From Epithemia pelagica (taxonomy: Eukaryota > Protista > Bacillariophyta), in the NCBI GenBank assembly GCA_946965045.2, contig OX337228.1:124001-188000 (forward strand): a stretch of DNA of 64,000 nucleotides, given 5' to 3'. Shown piece by piece: positions 42,333-52,585 of the stretch. A program made the position numbers and the translations under genes. The notes below the pieces were generated by a model, which made no database searches, was not told the origin of the DNA, and saw only the letters and a program-made list of their open reading frames with translations. Every line of letters begins with the position of its first letter. Within the stretch, counting starts at the first letter, position 1.

Positions 42333-43385
42333 ATGAGTTCTTTGATCTTGTCTACCGAGACATCTTCGGGGGCTGCGCTAGTGGCCTCCATGGATTCTCT
42401 CGCACCTACAGGCCGAAGTCTCATGCTGGGGTTACGCCTAGCCGTGCTTATTCGACTTCCTCTGTTTGGATTGTTCTTTCTCTTTGATAGGGTCCTTTTA
42501 CCTGGTGGAGTTCCACCCATGGTGACCATCTTTCTGCGTAATCTTTTGTGCAATGGAGAAGTTGCCGAACGCGCGTGCGGTGTGCTAAGTTTAGCACTCG
42601 ACCGTTGCACCGATGGAGACTTTGTGCTGCCGTGTGTTTTAAATGCACTCTTTGGTGGTGATCGAATGCTGTTGACTACGCAAGATGAATCCAATGGATT
42701 GGACAAGAACCAGTGCTACCTTTTCCATCCAAGCAGCAACAAACTGCAACAAAATGCACAAGTTCAAACCGACGTTCAAGCTATTTTTACTCATTTGGAC
42801 GACGGCACCAACATCCCTGTCGTCAAGCTTCAATCCTTCTACTCGTCCTTGTTGTATGGACTCTTGGACGAATCGGATGACGCCCTCAAGGTGCAGGTTG
42901 ACCAAATGGCTCAAAGTGCAGTGGCCACGATTGATACCAACGGAGATGGCCTCATTGACCTGTTGGAAATGGACAGTATTGTTGTTCCTCCAGAAACGGG
43001 AGAATTTATCTTTGATGATCTAGTCGCCTGTACTTCACCAACGACTCCCGACGTTGCTGCTTTGGAAACGGCCTGTGTCTCGGCCGAGAATGTCATTGAT
43101 TTTCTCAATCAGTTTTATGGAGGCACCACTTTGGTCAGTCCCGAATTGGCACAACATATTCGAGATGAGAGTGGTCCCGATGCTTGCTTTACCCGCACCG
43201 AATTTGAAGCCTCCTTTAGCAGCAATACGAATAATAGTCCGGCCACGGAAGCCGCCCTGTCGGGAGCGGGCTTGTCGCGGCAGCAACCCTATTCCTCCAT
43301 GATGATGGAAGGTTCCTTTGTTTGGTCCATGGCATTGGGTGTGGGTACGGCTCTCTACGTGTTTGGCATGTCCTTGCCGTTTTAA
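42333..43385 (+). CDS. putative secreted/GPI-anchored or membrane protein with an EF-hand
   Basis: DTNGDGLIDLLE is a canonical EF-hand loop; hydrophobic N-terminal segment (alternative starts 42390, 42423); paired Cys; hydrophobic C-terminus. Confidence 0.75.
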   Translation: MSSLILSTETSSGAALVASMDSLAPTGRSLMLGLRLAVLIRLPLFGLFFLFDRVLLPGGVPPMVTIFLRNLLCNGEVAERACGVLSLALDRCTDGDFVLPCVLNALFGGDRMLLTTQDESNGLDKNQCYLFHPSSNKLQQNAQVQTDVQAIFTHLDDGTNIPVVKLQSFYSSLLYGLLDESDDALKVQVDQMAQSAVATIDTNGDGLIDLLEMDSIVVPPETGEFIFDDLVACTSPTTPDVAALETACVSAENVIDFLNQFYGGTTLVSPELAQHIRDESGPDACFTRTEFEASFSSNTNNSPATEAALSGAGLSRQQPYSSMMMEGSFVWSMALGVGTALYVFGMSLPF

Positions 43386-43918
43386 ACACAAAAAGAAGGA
43401 CGGCCTTTTTTGGAACACCCACCCCACTGTGTCCCCTTCACAGTTTTATTATGTACGTAGATAATACTGGGACAAGGAGATTTTTTTGTACGTTCGTATA
43501 GTTCCGCATGTTTCAGTGGTGCTCTTTTATAAGATATGTTGAAAGACTCCACAGTTGGTTGAGCCAAGGTACTTTCACGTGCGCATTCGAGATCTGTCGG
43601 ACTCTGTGTTCACTCTTTTATATAAAGATAGTTCCGCATAAGTTTGTGCTGTTCCATAGTGTTGAGGACATTATTGAGAGTCTCTCTTCGCTTCTCTATT
43701 GTGTATGTCAATCTCCAGATATTGTGTGGGTGTTGTATATAGAATCATCATCATCGCATCGCCTCACGTGCTCGCGCCATTTTCCAGTTGCGCCGCCTCG
43801 GACATCTGCGCAATGGGATCGCGATCTTTTTGGGTTGTCGGAACACAAAACCAAGACAATAGTCTCTTTGTTCCATGGAATAAGGTGGGATATTCAGAAA
43901 GACGGAGACCTTTCAATC

Positions 43919-46900
43919 ATGTCGTCGAATGGGCCTTCATCCATGATCGTGGCGGAAGGAGGAGGAGGAGGTGACACGGGGAACAACGACCAGGACGAGT
44001 CTGGAACGAATCATATGGATGTATTAGAGCCATCATCCATCCATCATTCGGAGAACCACCTTGCATCCGAACCATTGCAGCCGCTCCTCCAGCCGGTCGT
44101 GTCGACCGACGAAGCCTCTCCGGCCAAGGTGGATCCGACAACCAACGAGCAACCAGCAGAAAACCAAGAACACGAACAAGACGAGTCAAAAGCAAGAGGT
44201 GCTAACGAAGAAGACCAAGAACAAACGGAGCAAGTCAAAGCATTCCAAGAAAAAGTACACATCCCAGCAAACGAAAAGAAAGAAAGCTTAGCACAACAAG
44301 AGGAAGAAAACACAGCCATGCCAAGAAAAGAAGAAAACAAAGCAGAAGTAAAACAAAACAGCGCAGAAGAAACTGGAAATGAAGAAGAAAAAAAGACGCC
44401 ATTGTCTCTAGAAGATGTCTATCATGCTCTAGATTCTCTCGACTCGGAAGGATCGACTTGCACTGGAGGCGTGGCCACCGAACTGCCGGGTGTTCCCGGA
44501 CTGGTGGTAGAGGGAGTGGGGGACATTTTGGTACCCTTGTTGGATCCCGACCATGTCCACAAGCTCAAAGCCGCGGCCCATCAAGCCCCTCATGGACGTG
44601 GCATGGAAACCATTGTGGACACGTCGGTTCGCAACACGCTTCAAATTGACGCGGACAAGGTGACCTTGACCAATCCAGCCTGGCCCAAGGCCTTGCAAGC
44701 ACTGACGAGCAGGGTCTGCACAGCTCTTGGTGTCCCTTCCGATCTGGTGCGAACCGAATTGTACAAGCTCTTGCTCTATGAACCCGGAGGCTTTTTCAAG
44801 AAACATCGCGATACCGAAAAGGCGGACGGTATGTTTGCCACACTCGTCATTCAACTTCCCAGTCGCTTTACGGGAGGTTCCTTTGTCGTCACCCACAATG
44901 GCAAAACCGAGACCTTTGCCATGCACGACCCCGAAACCTCTCCGTATACTTGCCGCTATGTGGCACACTATGCCGATTGCGAACATGAAATTTTGCCCAT
45001 TGAATCAGGACATCGACTGGCGCTCATTTATTCGCTCTGTTATACGGGCAATCAAGAGTCCAAACCGTCTCTGGCCACGGTGGCCGACGGTGGCTTGGTA
45101 TCGGTCCTGGAGCACTTGGATCCGAGTCAATCGCTGTTTGCCGTGCCCATGGATCATCAGTACACGACGGCCTCCTTGGCGCGACTGGGAGTCGGGGCCC
45201 TCAAGGGCAAGGACCGATCTTTGGCCAAGACGATTGGTCGAGCACAAGGATGGAAACTGGTGGTTGCCATGGTCGAACGGACCACGTACGAAAGTGGTGA
45301 GGGGAACTCCTATGTTGGATTTGAGGTTCATGATACCGATTATGGGGAGGTTTGTTTCAAAGAACTGTTTCACCAAGATGGAAGCAGTGCCAAAGCGCTT
45401 TCACGCTGGCTCAAGCAAGACCTAACGTTTGTCGCCGTGGAGGAGGGAGGCAATATACTGGCCCATGAAGACGATGTACTGGAGGAAATGTGGAGATACC
45501 AAGACTCGACCGAGCCGGAATATACTGGAAATGAGGGAGCGAGTCGTGAGACGACCTACAGCACTTGTATTTTGATTGCCTTTTCCACAGACAGTGTCTT
45601 TGAGAGAGAGTGTAGTTCGGATTTCTCCAGTGCACTCCAAAAGGTTCAAAAGAATCCCCGTCTGCTGGATCGTGCCCTCAAGTTTCTCACAAAGTCCAGT
45701 CACAATCTTTCTTCTAGGGAGTTTGTCATTCTCCACTCTGTGATTCAGGGACAAAGCGCCTTTTGGTCATCGTTCGCTACCATTCTCAAGGCACTATCGA
45801 AAAATCGATCTCAATCACCGTCCTCCCGTGTCATGTCGATTCTTGTCTCAATGATTAAGGAACATGGATGGAACGATGAGAAAATGGCCCCAGTTCGTCT
45901 ATTTATCGAACAGCTTTCTGAAATTGGAAAGCAGACTAGCTGCCTGGGACTCTTGTTGTTGGTGGAGACATTTAGTCTCATAAAAGACTTGATGCAAGAC
46001 AAATCACCAATTGACTGCCACGTTCAGAAAACTATTTCTAACTTCGACAAGGCATCGGGAAGTATGAAACGACGATTTTCTCCATATGAAATTGTCTTTT
46101 CGTCACCGGACGACGACGAGACTTATAAGCGCCTTGAAACTCTATCGAAAGTACATGGATGGAAGAGTCTCTCATCTGCTGCCAAATCTTGTTTTGCCCG
46201 AATCCGTAAAATGAACACGACAAGCAGGTTGCTTAAGACCATGACCGATCAGATTGCGACATTGAACTCTATCTATGCCAATATCCCTTCCGGTGATATC
46301 GATCACAGTCTTGATGACTCAATGTTGGACGCTTTTACGCTCTTGGTCAAGAGCGTCGATGCTTACGACATTACTTCGATGGATAACTTTCTTACCATTC
46401 ACTCGTTTTTCAAGACAAAGGCTGCCTATTGGCCATCCTTCAAGATTCTTGTTGAGAGCCTACAGGTTCTAAAAAGATTTCCATCCAGTACAATCCGTTC
46501 CATCTTCGTCGCCACGATCAAGGAGCACGGGTGGAACGATGAAAAGGTGATTCCTATCCGTATGTTTGTACAACAGCTCCCTGCAATGGGAGAGAAAGTC
46601 GATTGCAATGGCCTCTTGACATCGATAGAACACTTTCGTTTGATTATGAAAGTGTCGGAGGAAAAGGCAACACTGAAGTCGTTGATACGCAAGACGATCA
46701 GTACTTTTGAAGCGAAGACTGAGAAATGTTGTCCGTTGTCCAACTCTTACGGATCTCGTCCATACTATGGTAGCTATCATCGGCGATATGACGAATGCGA
46801 ATCTCAAACAGAAATTTCCAATCGACTTGAAACTCTTTCCAAGGCGTATGGATGGGAGAATCTATCATCTGCTGCCAATGCTTGCTTTGCCCGAATGCGT

Positions 46901-47737
46901 AAAATGAGCCCGACCGGAACGTTGCTGAACACTTTGAAAGAACAGATTGCAGCGACTCACCAGTTTTCGACCAATATCCCGGACGCAGATATCGGAAATC
47001 TTCGAGAATCTATACTCAATGCGTTTCTGGACGCTATCAAACATACGAGCGCGTGGGAGTCTGCCGATATTGGCATCCTACTCAAGGAACTTTGTATGCA
47101 CGGGACTCCGCAAATGTTTCGAACTCTCGAAGCGTGGTCATCCACGGTCCCCTTATCTACCCTCTCGAAAGCTGACTCGGTATTGCAACGTATGACTTCT
47201 GCTACTATCAGATCAAAGCACACGGAAGCCAGAGACAAATGTATTGCTCATGTTCATGAACGTGTCCGCGACTTGAAAATTCAAGAGCTAGAAAAACAAG
47301 AGAACGACCTGCTCCGCCATACTCATAATGGTGGGCCGCCCGTTTTCTCTTGGAGAATGCCACTAGCAAAGTCGGGCTCCGATCGTCTTGACGCGTTTCT
47401 TCGGAGCGACCGAGCGAATGCTTGTGAGATTTCTGTAGGAGGAGGAATCGGTCATGCCCGGAGTCTTGCACGAAGTGGCGATAGCACCTCCAAGGGCTTT
47501 AGCGCTCATATTCGAGAAACCCACAAGACGGGGAAAACTGCATCTGTGATTGTGACCAAAACCAGGAAATTGTACGAGGAACAAGTAAAGCAATACCCAT
47601 CCACTGCCAAAAAGCTTGCCAATGTGCGCGCCAAGCTTGCAAAATTGAACCATCGTCGTGTCCCGCCGGTACGAGAAGAGCCTCCCGCAAAACGTGCCAA
47701 GGGACCAAATGAAAAAGAGGTGATTGTAATTGTCTAA
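43919..47737 (+). CDS. 2OG-Fe(II) dioxygenase/helical-repeat paralog 6 (~1272 aa), intact catalytic motifs
   Basis: QAPHGRGMETIVDTSVRNT, KLLLYEPGGFFKKHRDTEK, CEH, SGHRLALIYSL, YTGNEG; two helical units; PPAKRAK NLS then EVIVIV. ATG 43919 preferred over 43508 by comparison with paralogs. Confidence 0.92.
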   Translation: MSSNGPSSMIVAEGGGGGDTGNNDQDESGTNHMDVLEPSSIHHSENHLASEPLQPLLQPVVSTDEASPAKVDPTTNEQPAENQEHEQDESKARGANEEDQEQTEQVKAFQEKVHIPANEKKESLAQQEEENTAMPRKEENKAEVKQNSAEETGNEEEKKTPLSLEDVYHALDSLDSEGSTCTGGVATELPGVPGLVVEGVGDILVPLLDPDHVHKLKAAAHQAPHGRGMETIVDTSVRNTLQIDADKVTLTNPAWPKALQALTSRVCTALGVPSDLVRTELYKLLLYEPGGFFKKHRDTEKADGMFATLVIQLPSRFTGGSFVVTHNGKTETFAMHDPETSPYTCRYVAHYADCEHEILPIESGHRLALIYSLCYTGNQESKPSLATVADGGLVSVLEHLDPSQSLFAVPMDHQYTTASLARLGVGALKGKDRSLAKTIGRAQGWKLVVAMVERTTYESGEGNSYVGFEVHDTDYGEVCFKELFHQDGSSAKALSRWLKQDLTFVAVEEGGNILAHEDDVLEEMWRYQDSTEPEYTGNEGASRETTYSTCILIAFSTDSVFERECSSDFSSALQKVQKNPRLLDRALKFLTKSSHNLSSREFVILHSVIQGQSAFWSSFATILKALSKNRSQSPSSRVMSILVSMIKEHGWNDEKMAPVRLFIEQLSEIGKQTSCLGLLLLVETFSLIKDLMQDKSPIDCHVQKTISNFDKASGSMKRRFSPYEIVFSSPDDDETYKRLETLSKVHGWKSLSSAAKSCFARIRKMNTTSRLLKTMTDQIATLNSIYANIPSGDIDHSLDDSMLDAFTLLVKSVDAYDITSMDNFLTIHSFFKTKAAYWPSFKILVESLQVLKRFPSSTIRSIFVATIKEHGWNDEKVIPIRMFVQQLPAMGEKVDCNGLLTSIEHFRLIMKVSEEKATLKSLIRKTISTFEAKTEKCCPLSNSYGSRPYYGSYHRRYDECESQTEISNRLETLSKAYGWENLSSAANACFARMRKMSPTGTLLNTLKEQIAATHQFSTNIPDADIGNLRESILNAFLDAIKHTSAWESADIGILLKELCMHGTPQMFRTLEAWSSTVPLSTLSKADSVLQRMTSATIRSKHTEARDKCIAHVHERVRDLKIQELEKQENDLLRHTHNGGPPVFSWRMPLAKSGSDRLDAFLRSDRANACEISVGGGIGHARSLARSGDSTSKGFSAHIRETHKTGKTASVIVTKTRKLYEEQVKQYPSTAKKLANVRAKLAKLNHRRVPPVREEPPAKRAKGPNEKEVIVIV

Positions 47738-47988
47738 TCTGTATGTAAAAGGCAGTATTTGACGACGGATTCGACGACCTATTATATACAATCGTTGATG
47801 TCGATGTGAACCTGTAACCTATCTTGTGACCGAAATGGTTCTCGAAACGGAATCACCGCGCGTGCACGCATGCAGCACACCCAGACTTGACTCGTGATTG
47901 AAAAGGATAAGACGAGTCCTGCTCGTAAATGGGTAGGGGTGCATGTTTTCGCTAGGGAGTATGGAAAAGGAGTTTTCTTTAGCGTTTT

Positions 47989-48228
47989 TGAATAAAAACT
48001 GACGGTCAGACGCAATATACGGCTTGCAACAATCAAACTATCAGAAATTATAATGACTAAACTAGGGGTGCCCTTTGGGGGCAAATCGCTCACGTAGGGG
48101 CCAAATAGCGACCACGGTACCCACTAGCGAACACATAACTAGGGGCCGGGCGATGCCAGGCGGTGCGTAGCGAGGCATGGCGAGGCCCTTCGTAGGTTAC
48201 AAAGGGGGCGCCCGTGATTATTTATTCA
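47989..48228 (-). repeat. 3' LTR (240 bp)
   Basis: TGAATAAAAACT...TTTATTCA; differs from 55160-55399 only at GGGGG/GGGGA. Confidence 0.97.
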
Positions 48229-48240
48229 GTCCCCGCGAAC
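48229..48240 (-). other. putative polypurine tract (GTTCGCGGGGAC)
   Basis: Short G-rich tract directly before the 3' LTR on the element strand. Confidence 0.5.
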
Positions 48241-48349
48241 AAAATCGGGGTGGGCAACTTCGTTTAGTTCGTCATGTCAGCAGAGGCCGGTCCAGTACGT
48301 CGGACTATTCTTCAAAAGGGGCGATCCCATTTTGGATCTAAAAGGGGTG

Positions 48350-51300
48350 CTACCACATGATACGTTGGGCCAGGAATCGCAATCGAGGTCCGGGTAGCAG
48401 TTTGGTTAGGATATCGGCAAGGTTCGTTTCACCTTCTTCCCATGCAATGCGCACAAGTCCAGCAGCTTGCGCTTCACGAGTCCGATGATAAGCAATTGCG
48501 TTGTGCTTTTTCTTTAGGACTGATTCCGGCTGAGTCGAGTTCTTAAACACAGATTCATTGTCGCAAAACACATTCGTCTCTCCATCCAACGGGATACCCA
48601 TCATTCGCAACTTATAACGAAATGCTTCAATCATTTCAATGGCAGTCTTCATCGCCACGAACTCACTGCCAAATGTAGACGTCTCAACAGTGTTTTGTCG
48701 TTTTGAATACCACATGATCGGTGCTCGTTGCAAGAACAGTAGGACTCCTGTTTGAGAGCGCCATGTGACACGACATCCAGCATGATCAGCATCGACAAAG
48801 CAAGTCGTGGTGACAGCGTTTCCACGCGGTGCTGGTGCGTTTGGCGGAATCGGCTCGGCAGCATCAGGATAATACTCAGACCAATCCGGTCGGGTAAAAC
48901 GTGACTCGTCGAAGTCAGGGGTTGTGTCATCGAACACAATGGAGGATTTATCGTACTTCTTCAGATACGCGAAGATGTGCAACGTTTGCTCGAGATGTCC
49001 TTCTCGTGGATTCGCCATAAAACGGGACATATGGGAGACTGCGGTTGTAATGTCGATACGACCGAGTTCAACAATCCAACGGAGAATACCGATCAGTCCC
49101 TGGTAATAGTTTGCACGTCTTGCGTCGAGTTCAGGAGTCGCATCCAATTCCGGGCGATATCCATCGGCGATCGGCGTCGTCACTTTGGACTTCAGCTTTT
49201 CTCCAGATTTCTCCAGTTCCGTTTCGACTTCGGCAAGAGCACGCTTGCAATACTTGTCAGCGGACATGGCCCAACGATCACGGTTCGACGGATCTTGCGT
49301 GTCGGGTATGGTATAACGCCGTATTTCGGATCCCAAGTATTCGTCTGGTGGTTTGATACTGTCGGGCTTGATCGTATAGCGCCTCTGCAGGTCTTGCATC
49401 ACGGTTCTGGGATCATGACTAACAATCAGCAGATCATCAATATAGACCAAAACATACTCGTAATACTGGAACCCATCAGATGGTCGAGTGTTCGCTCGAA
49501 GCCATACATCCGGATCAGCTTGACACATCTTAAATCCCATGTCGCGGAGCGTTGCGGCGATGTGATCACGCCACCTTGCGGCAGAACTTTTGAGACCATA
49601 TAATGCGCGCACTATCAGTGCAGGTTGTCCAACCTTATCTGGTCCAAATTCGAGTCCCGCGGTGGTATAGGTCTTCTCTTTAGTCGGTGCGTTGAGATAT
49701 GCGTTTTGCACGTCCCCGACGAGAACATCAAGACCATTTAGTGCAGCGATAGTAAAAGCAATGCGTACGCTATCGCGTGATACCACACTAGAATAGGTCG
49801 ATTCTTTGGGTGGATCAGTTTTGTGACCTCCGGCCACTAACCGTGCTTTACGTCGCAGGTCTGATTTGATGTCAAAAACCATATGACAGGGAATATGCTT
49901 GTATCCAGAAGGCACTTCGCCATCAGCTGGAAATTCGAAAGCAATGCCAACGTTCTTCATTTCTTTCTCAATAGCCTTACGCCAGAAGTCAGTCCCCGTT
50001 CGGCGGTCAATCGCCAGGGCTTCTTCCACAGAGTGGGGCAACTCAATGCCATACTTGTGCGTTCGCTTCCAATAACGTGACTTTACCTTTTTGATAATGC
50101 GGTCTCGTTTGCGAAGTGCACGTGGGACCCACCATGCGAAAGCAGGCTCTTTTGCGATGCCAGTGGATACTGCGTATTCGGCGGCTTCAATCATATTTCC
50201 ATTCTTGACGTCTTTGAGCGGCAGCCAAACAGTCGATTGATCGGACAGTTCACATTGCAATTCCCAGCCTTTCGTTGTGTGGTGTGATGTGCCGTCAAGG
50301 AACGATGCGTCTGTTCGCTTAACTGCGGTCTCATCACTGCGGTGCCCCACAATGGCTTTCAATGTGTTGAACGCATTACCCTCCGGGTCAACTTGCGAAT
50401 ACAGATTCTCTGCGATCATATTGGTTGCATACGACTCGACCGATCCATCCGGAAACTGTACGTCGTAGTACCGGGTATCAAGGATTGGGTTGGCGTCGCG
50501 CTCACCAATAGGTCGCCCATGAGCATCTTTCGTGCGTCCAATGATTTTCGCTCGAGCGCTTTCACCTCCTCGCGGCAGCATGACTTCAGCGGTGAGATAT
50601 TCGTCTAGTTCCTCCGGCGTGTACGCGTCGGATTCCAGGGCTTCGGCCTCTGGGAACAAAGGCTCTAGAAGTTCACCTTCGTCAAAGAGGTCTGGGGGTG
50701 GATCGCTCCCAGTTGTGCCATCAGATGGCGGCTCTATCATTTGCGTTTGAATAGCGGCATCATAGTCCAACAACTGCTGATGAATCGTCGGATTCTTCAG
50801 GTCGTCTTCCAGAATGGCCCACACATCTTTCCGTGTGACATGATTGCCCTCTTGCGTTAGGATTTCATAGGCCATATCATCGGTGCAATCATCGGCTAAA
50901 CCCAACCATCGGCCAATCAGTCTTTTTTCGAAGGGAAACTGTGCCATGGGCATGCAATAATACACCGGCTGATAGAATTGGAACATGGCTAATGGAGAGA
51001 TGTCTGGCGTTGAGCCAATTACATGCTCGAACGGTGTACGTCCATCTAATTCAGGGATATCGGATGCCGTGAGTTGCCGTACGTGTGAGCACCATTTAAG
51101 AGCATAGCTCCATAAACGTTGTGGTGCGCCGGTCGTCCTCATAATTTTGACAACTCCCTTCTTTAGTTCACGAATGCTCGCTTCGGCGGCGTTCTGCCAT
51201 GGACTATAAGGAACCGTTTTCTCCATCTTTATGCGGTACTCGTTGCATATTTCACGGGACTTCCCTAGGAACAATTCTCGGGCACCATCAGATACCATTG

Positions 51301-52579
51301 TTTGGGGAATCCCTACATTGTGAATCAAAGACATCAATCCTTCAGGATGTTGCTTTTTCGACTTCCAGGGATAAACGTGGTTGAATCCTTTGCCGTCTGT
51401 AAAGATCGAGGCGCCCGTGTCCCCGTTCAGTGAAACTTCCTTGGCAAACATCTCGTCCGAGAACCAACGGCCTTTCACATTGGGGAATTTGAGCCACGGT
51501 GCCTTCTTACGGACCTTACGCTCAGATGGGATTAATACGTTTCGTACTCCAGCCTGCGTCGTCACTTTAAGCGTATTCTTCGCTTTGGGTAAACCAATGC
51601 CCCAACGTTGTGACAGTACGGCTGCGTCAAGCACTCCCTTTCCAGCAGGATCGGCTGGGGAAGACTCGTTAGCAGTCTTGATCATGTACAGCCGACGTTC
51701 ACGTTTGTCCTCTGGGACTACATCAGGCTCCTCCTTCTCTGGATGAACAGTGACCGTCGCTATCAAGCGTTCGTATAGGTCGTCGCCTTGTGCGTCGGCG
51801 TCCAGATCGGGTGATGGATTGGCAAAAGCATGCTGGTACGTTCGCACTGCTTTGATGAGTCGTGGAATGGAGGATGCGGCAATCGAATTCGGATCGCCAT
51901 TGCGAACGACAGTAGCGGCAGCTACACCCAGTTTCTCCTCCGCGTCCGCAAAGGCGGTAGAACGAGGTTGCCATGGGCTATCGGCAGTTAGCACAACTTG
52001 TGGCAAGTGTTCCAGCTCGTCAGAAGTGGGTTTGCGAGTGGCGAAACCACTTATCACACCAGCCATGGTGAGCGGGATAGTGAGATCGGCATCCGGTACG
52101 TGGATACTATGCGTGCTGTGCGGGTCAAACTGTTTAGGTACGTCGTTGACAACGATGCCGTGGGCACGCATCTGGTTCGGACAGAGTAGCGAACTGCCCA
52201 TACGGTCCCCTAAAAACAATGCTTGGTGGATAACAAGCAAGTAAGACTGGTTTTCGCTGTCAGTCCAGACAGTGGCAACAGTCGCAATAGGGACATTGGT
52301 CAGCGGGTTATATTCCTCCGCGAACGGATGCACACTGATATAGCGGTGGGCTGCGGAGAGCATTACGAAGTCTCTTCCCACGGCACAGGTGTCCGCATGT
52401 GAGTCCAACTCACAGGTGAGCTCAATGGTCTCAACATCATATTCGTCGGTGTTCATAGCACATAGACGATGTGCGAAACGTTTAGAATAACTATAATGGG
52501 TGCCTACGTGTGTATTCGATTGAACAATAAGATTCGTTTTATCAATTTTTACTGCTTCGGCAGCGGATACACAGGGCAC
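48350..52579 (-). CDS. pol: pol polyprotein (protease, integrase, reverse transcriptase, RNase H)
   Basis: ELDSHADTC (PR); FSD/VSDGARE/WQNAAEASIRELK (IN); YVLVYIDDLL (RT); FVDADHAG, GSEFVA, FCDNESV, NLADILTK (RH). Confidence 0.97.
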   Translation of the reverse strand: MPCVSAAEAVKIDKTNLIVQSNTHVGTHYSYSKRFAHRLCAMNTDEYDVETIELTCELDSHADTCAVGRDFVMLSAAHRYISVHPFAEEYNPLTNVPIATVATVWTDSENQSYLLVIHQALFLGDRMGSSLLCPNQMRAHGIVVNDVPKQFDPHSTHSIHVPDADLTIPLTMAGVISGFATRKPTSDELEHLPQVVLTADSPWQPRSTAFADAEEKLGVAAATVVRNGDPNSIAASSIPRLIKAVRTYQHAFANPSPDLDADAQGDDLYERLIATVTVHPEKEEPDVVPEDKRERRLYMIKTANESSPADPAGKGVLDAAVLSQRWGIGLPKAKNTLKVTTQAGVRNVLIPSERKVRKKAPWLKFPNVKGRWFSDEMFAKEVSLNGDTGASIFTDGKGFNHVYPWKSKKQHPEGLMSLIHNVGIPQTMVSDGARELFLGKSREICNEYRIKMEKTVPYSPWQNAAEASIRELKKGVVKIMRTTGAPQRLWSYALKWCSHVRQLTASDIPELDGRTPFEHVIGSTPDISPLAMFQFYQPVYYCMPMAQFPFEKRLIGRWLGLADDCTDDMAYEILTQEGNHVTRKDVWAILEDDLKNPTIHQQLLDYDAAIQTQMIEPPSDGTTGSDPPPDLFDEGELLEPLFPEAEALESDAYTPEELDEYLTAEVMLPRGGESARAKIIGRTKDAHGRPIGERDANPILDTRYYDVQFPDGSVESYATNMIAENLYSQVDPEGNAFNTLKAIVGHRSDETAVKRTDASFLDGTSHHTTKGWELQCELSDQSTVWLPLKDVKNGNMIEAAEYAVSTGIAKEPAFAWWVPRALRKRDRIIKKVKSRYWKRTHKYGIELPHSVEEALAIDRRTGTDFWRKAIEKEMKNVGIAFEFPADGEVPSGYKHIPCHMVFDIKSDLRRKARLVAGGHKTDPPKESTYSSVVSRDSVRIAFTIAALNGLDVLVGDVQNAYLNAPTKEKTYTTAGLEFGPDKVGQPALIVRALYGLKSSAARWRDHIAATLRDMGFKMCQADPDVWLRANTRPSDGFQYYEYVLVYIDDLLIVSHDPRTVMQDLQRRYTIKPDSIKPPDEYLGSEIRRYTIPDTQDPSNRDRWAMSADKYCKRALAEVETELEKSGEKLKSKVTTPIADGYRPELDATPELDARRANYYQGLIGILRWIVELGRIDITTAVSHMSRFMANPREGHLEQTLHIFAYLKKYDKSSIVFDDTTPDFDESRFTRPDWSEYYPDAAEPIPPNAPAPRGNAVTTTCFVDADHAGCRVTWRSQTGVLLFLQRAPIMWYSKRQNTVETSTFGSEFVAMKTAIEMIEAFRYKLRMMGIPLDGETNVFCDNESVFKNSTQPESVLKKKHNAIAYHRTREAQAAGLVRIAWEEGETNLADILTKLLPGPRLRFLAQRIMW

Positions 52580-52585
52580 ACTCCA

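Noticed and set aside
43508-43918. 137-aa N-terminal extension of paralog 6 in the ORF track
   Set aside because: No counterpart in the paralogs, composition is unlike the rest of the protein, and the shared upstream CGCGCCA element lies inside it; treated as upstream/UTR.
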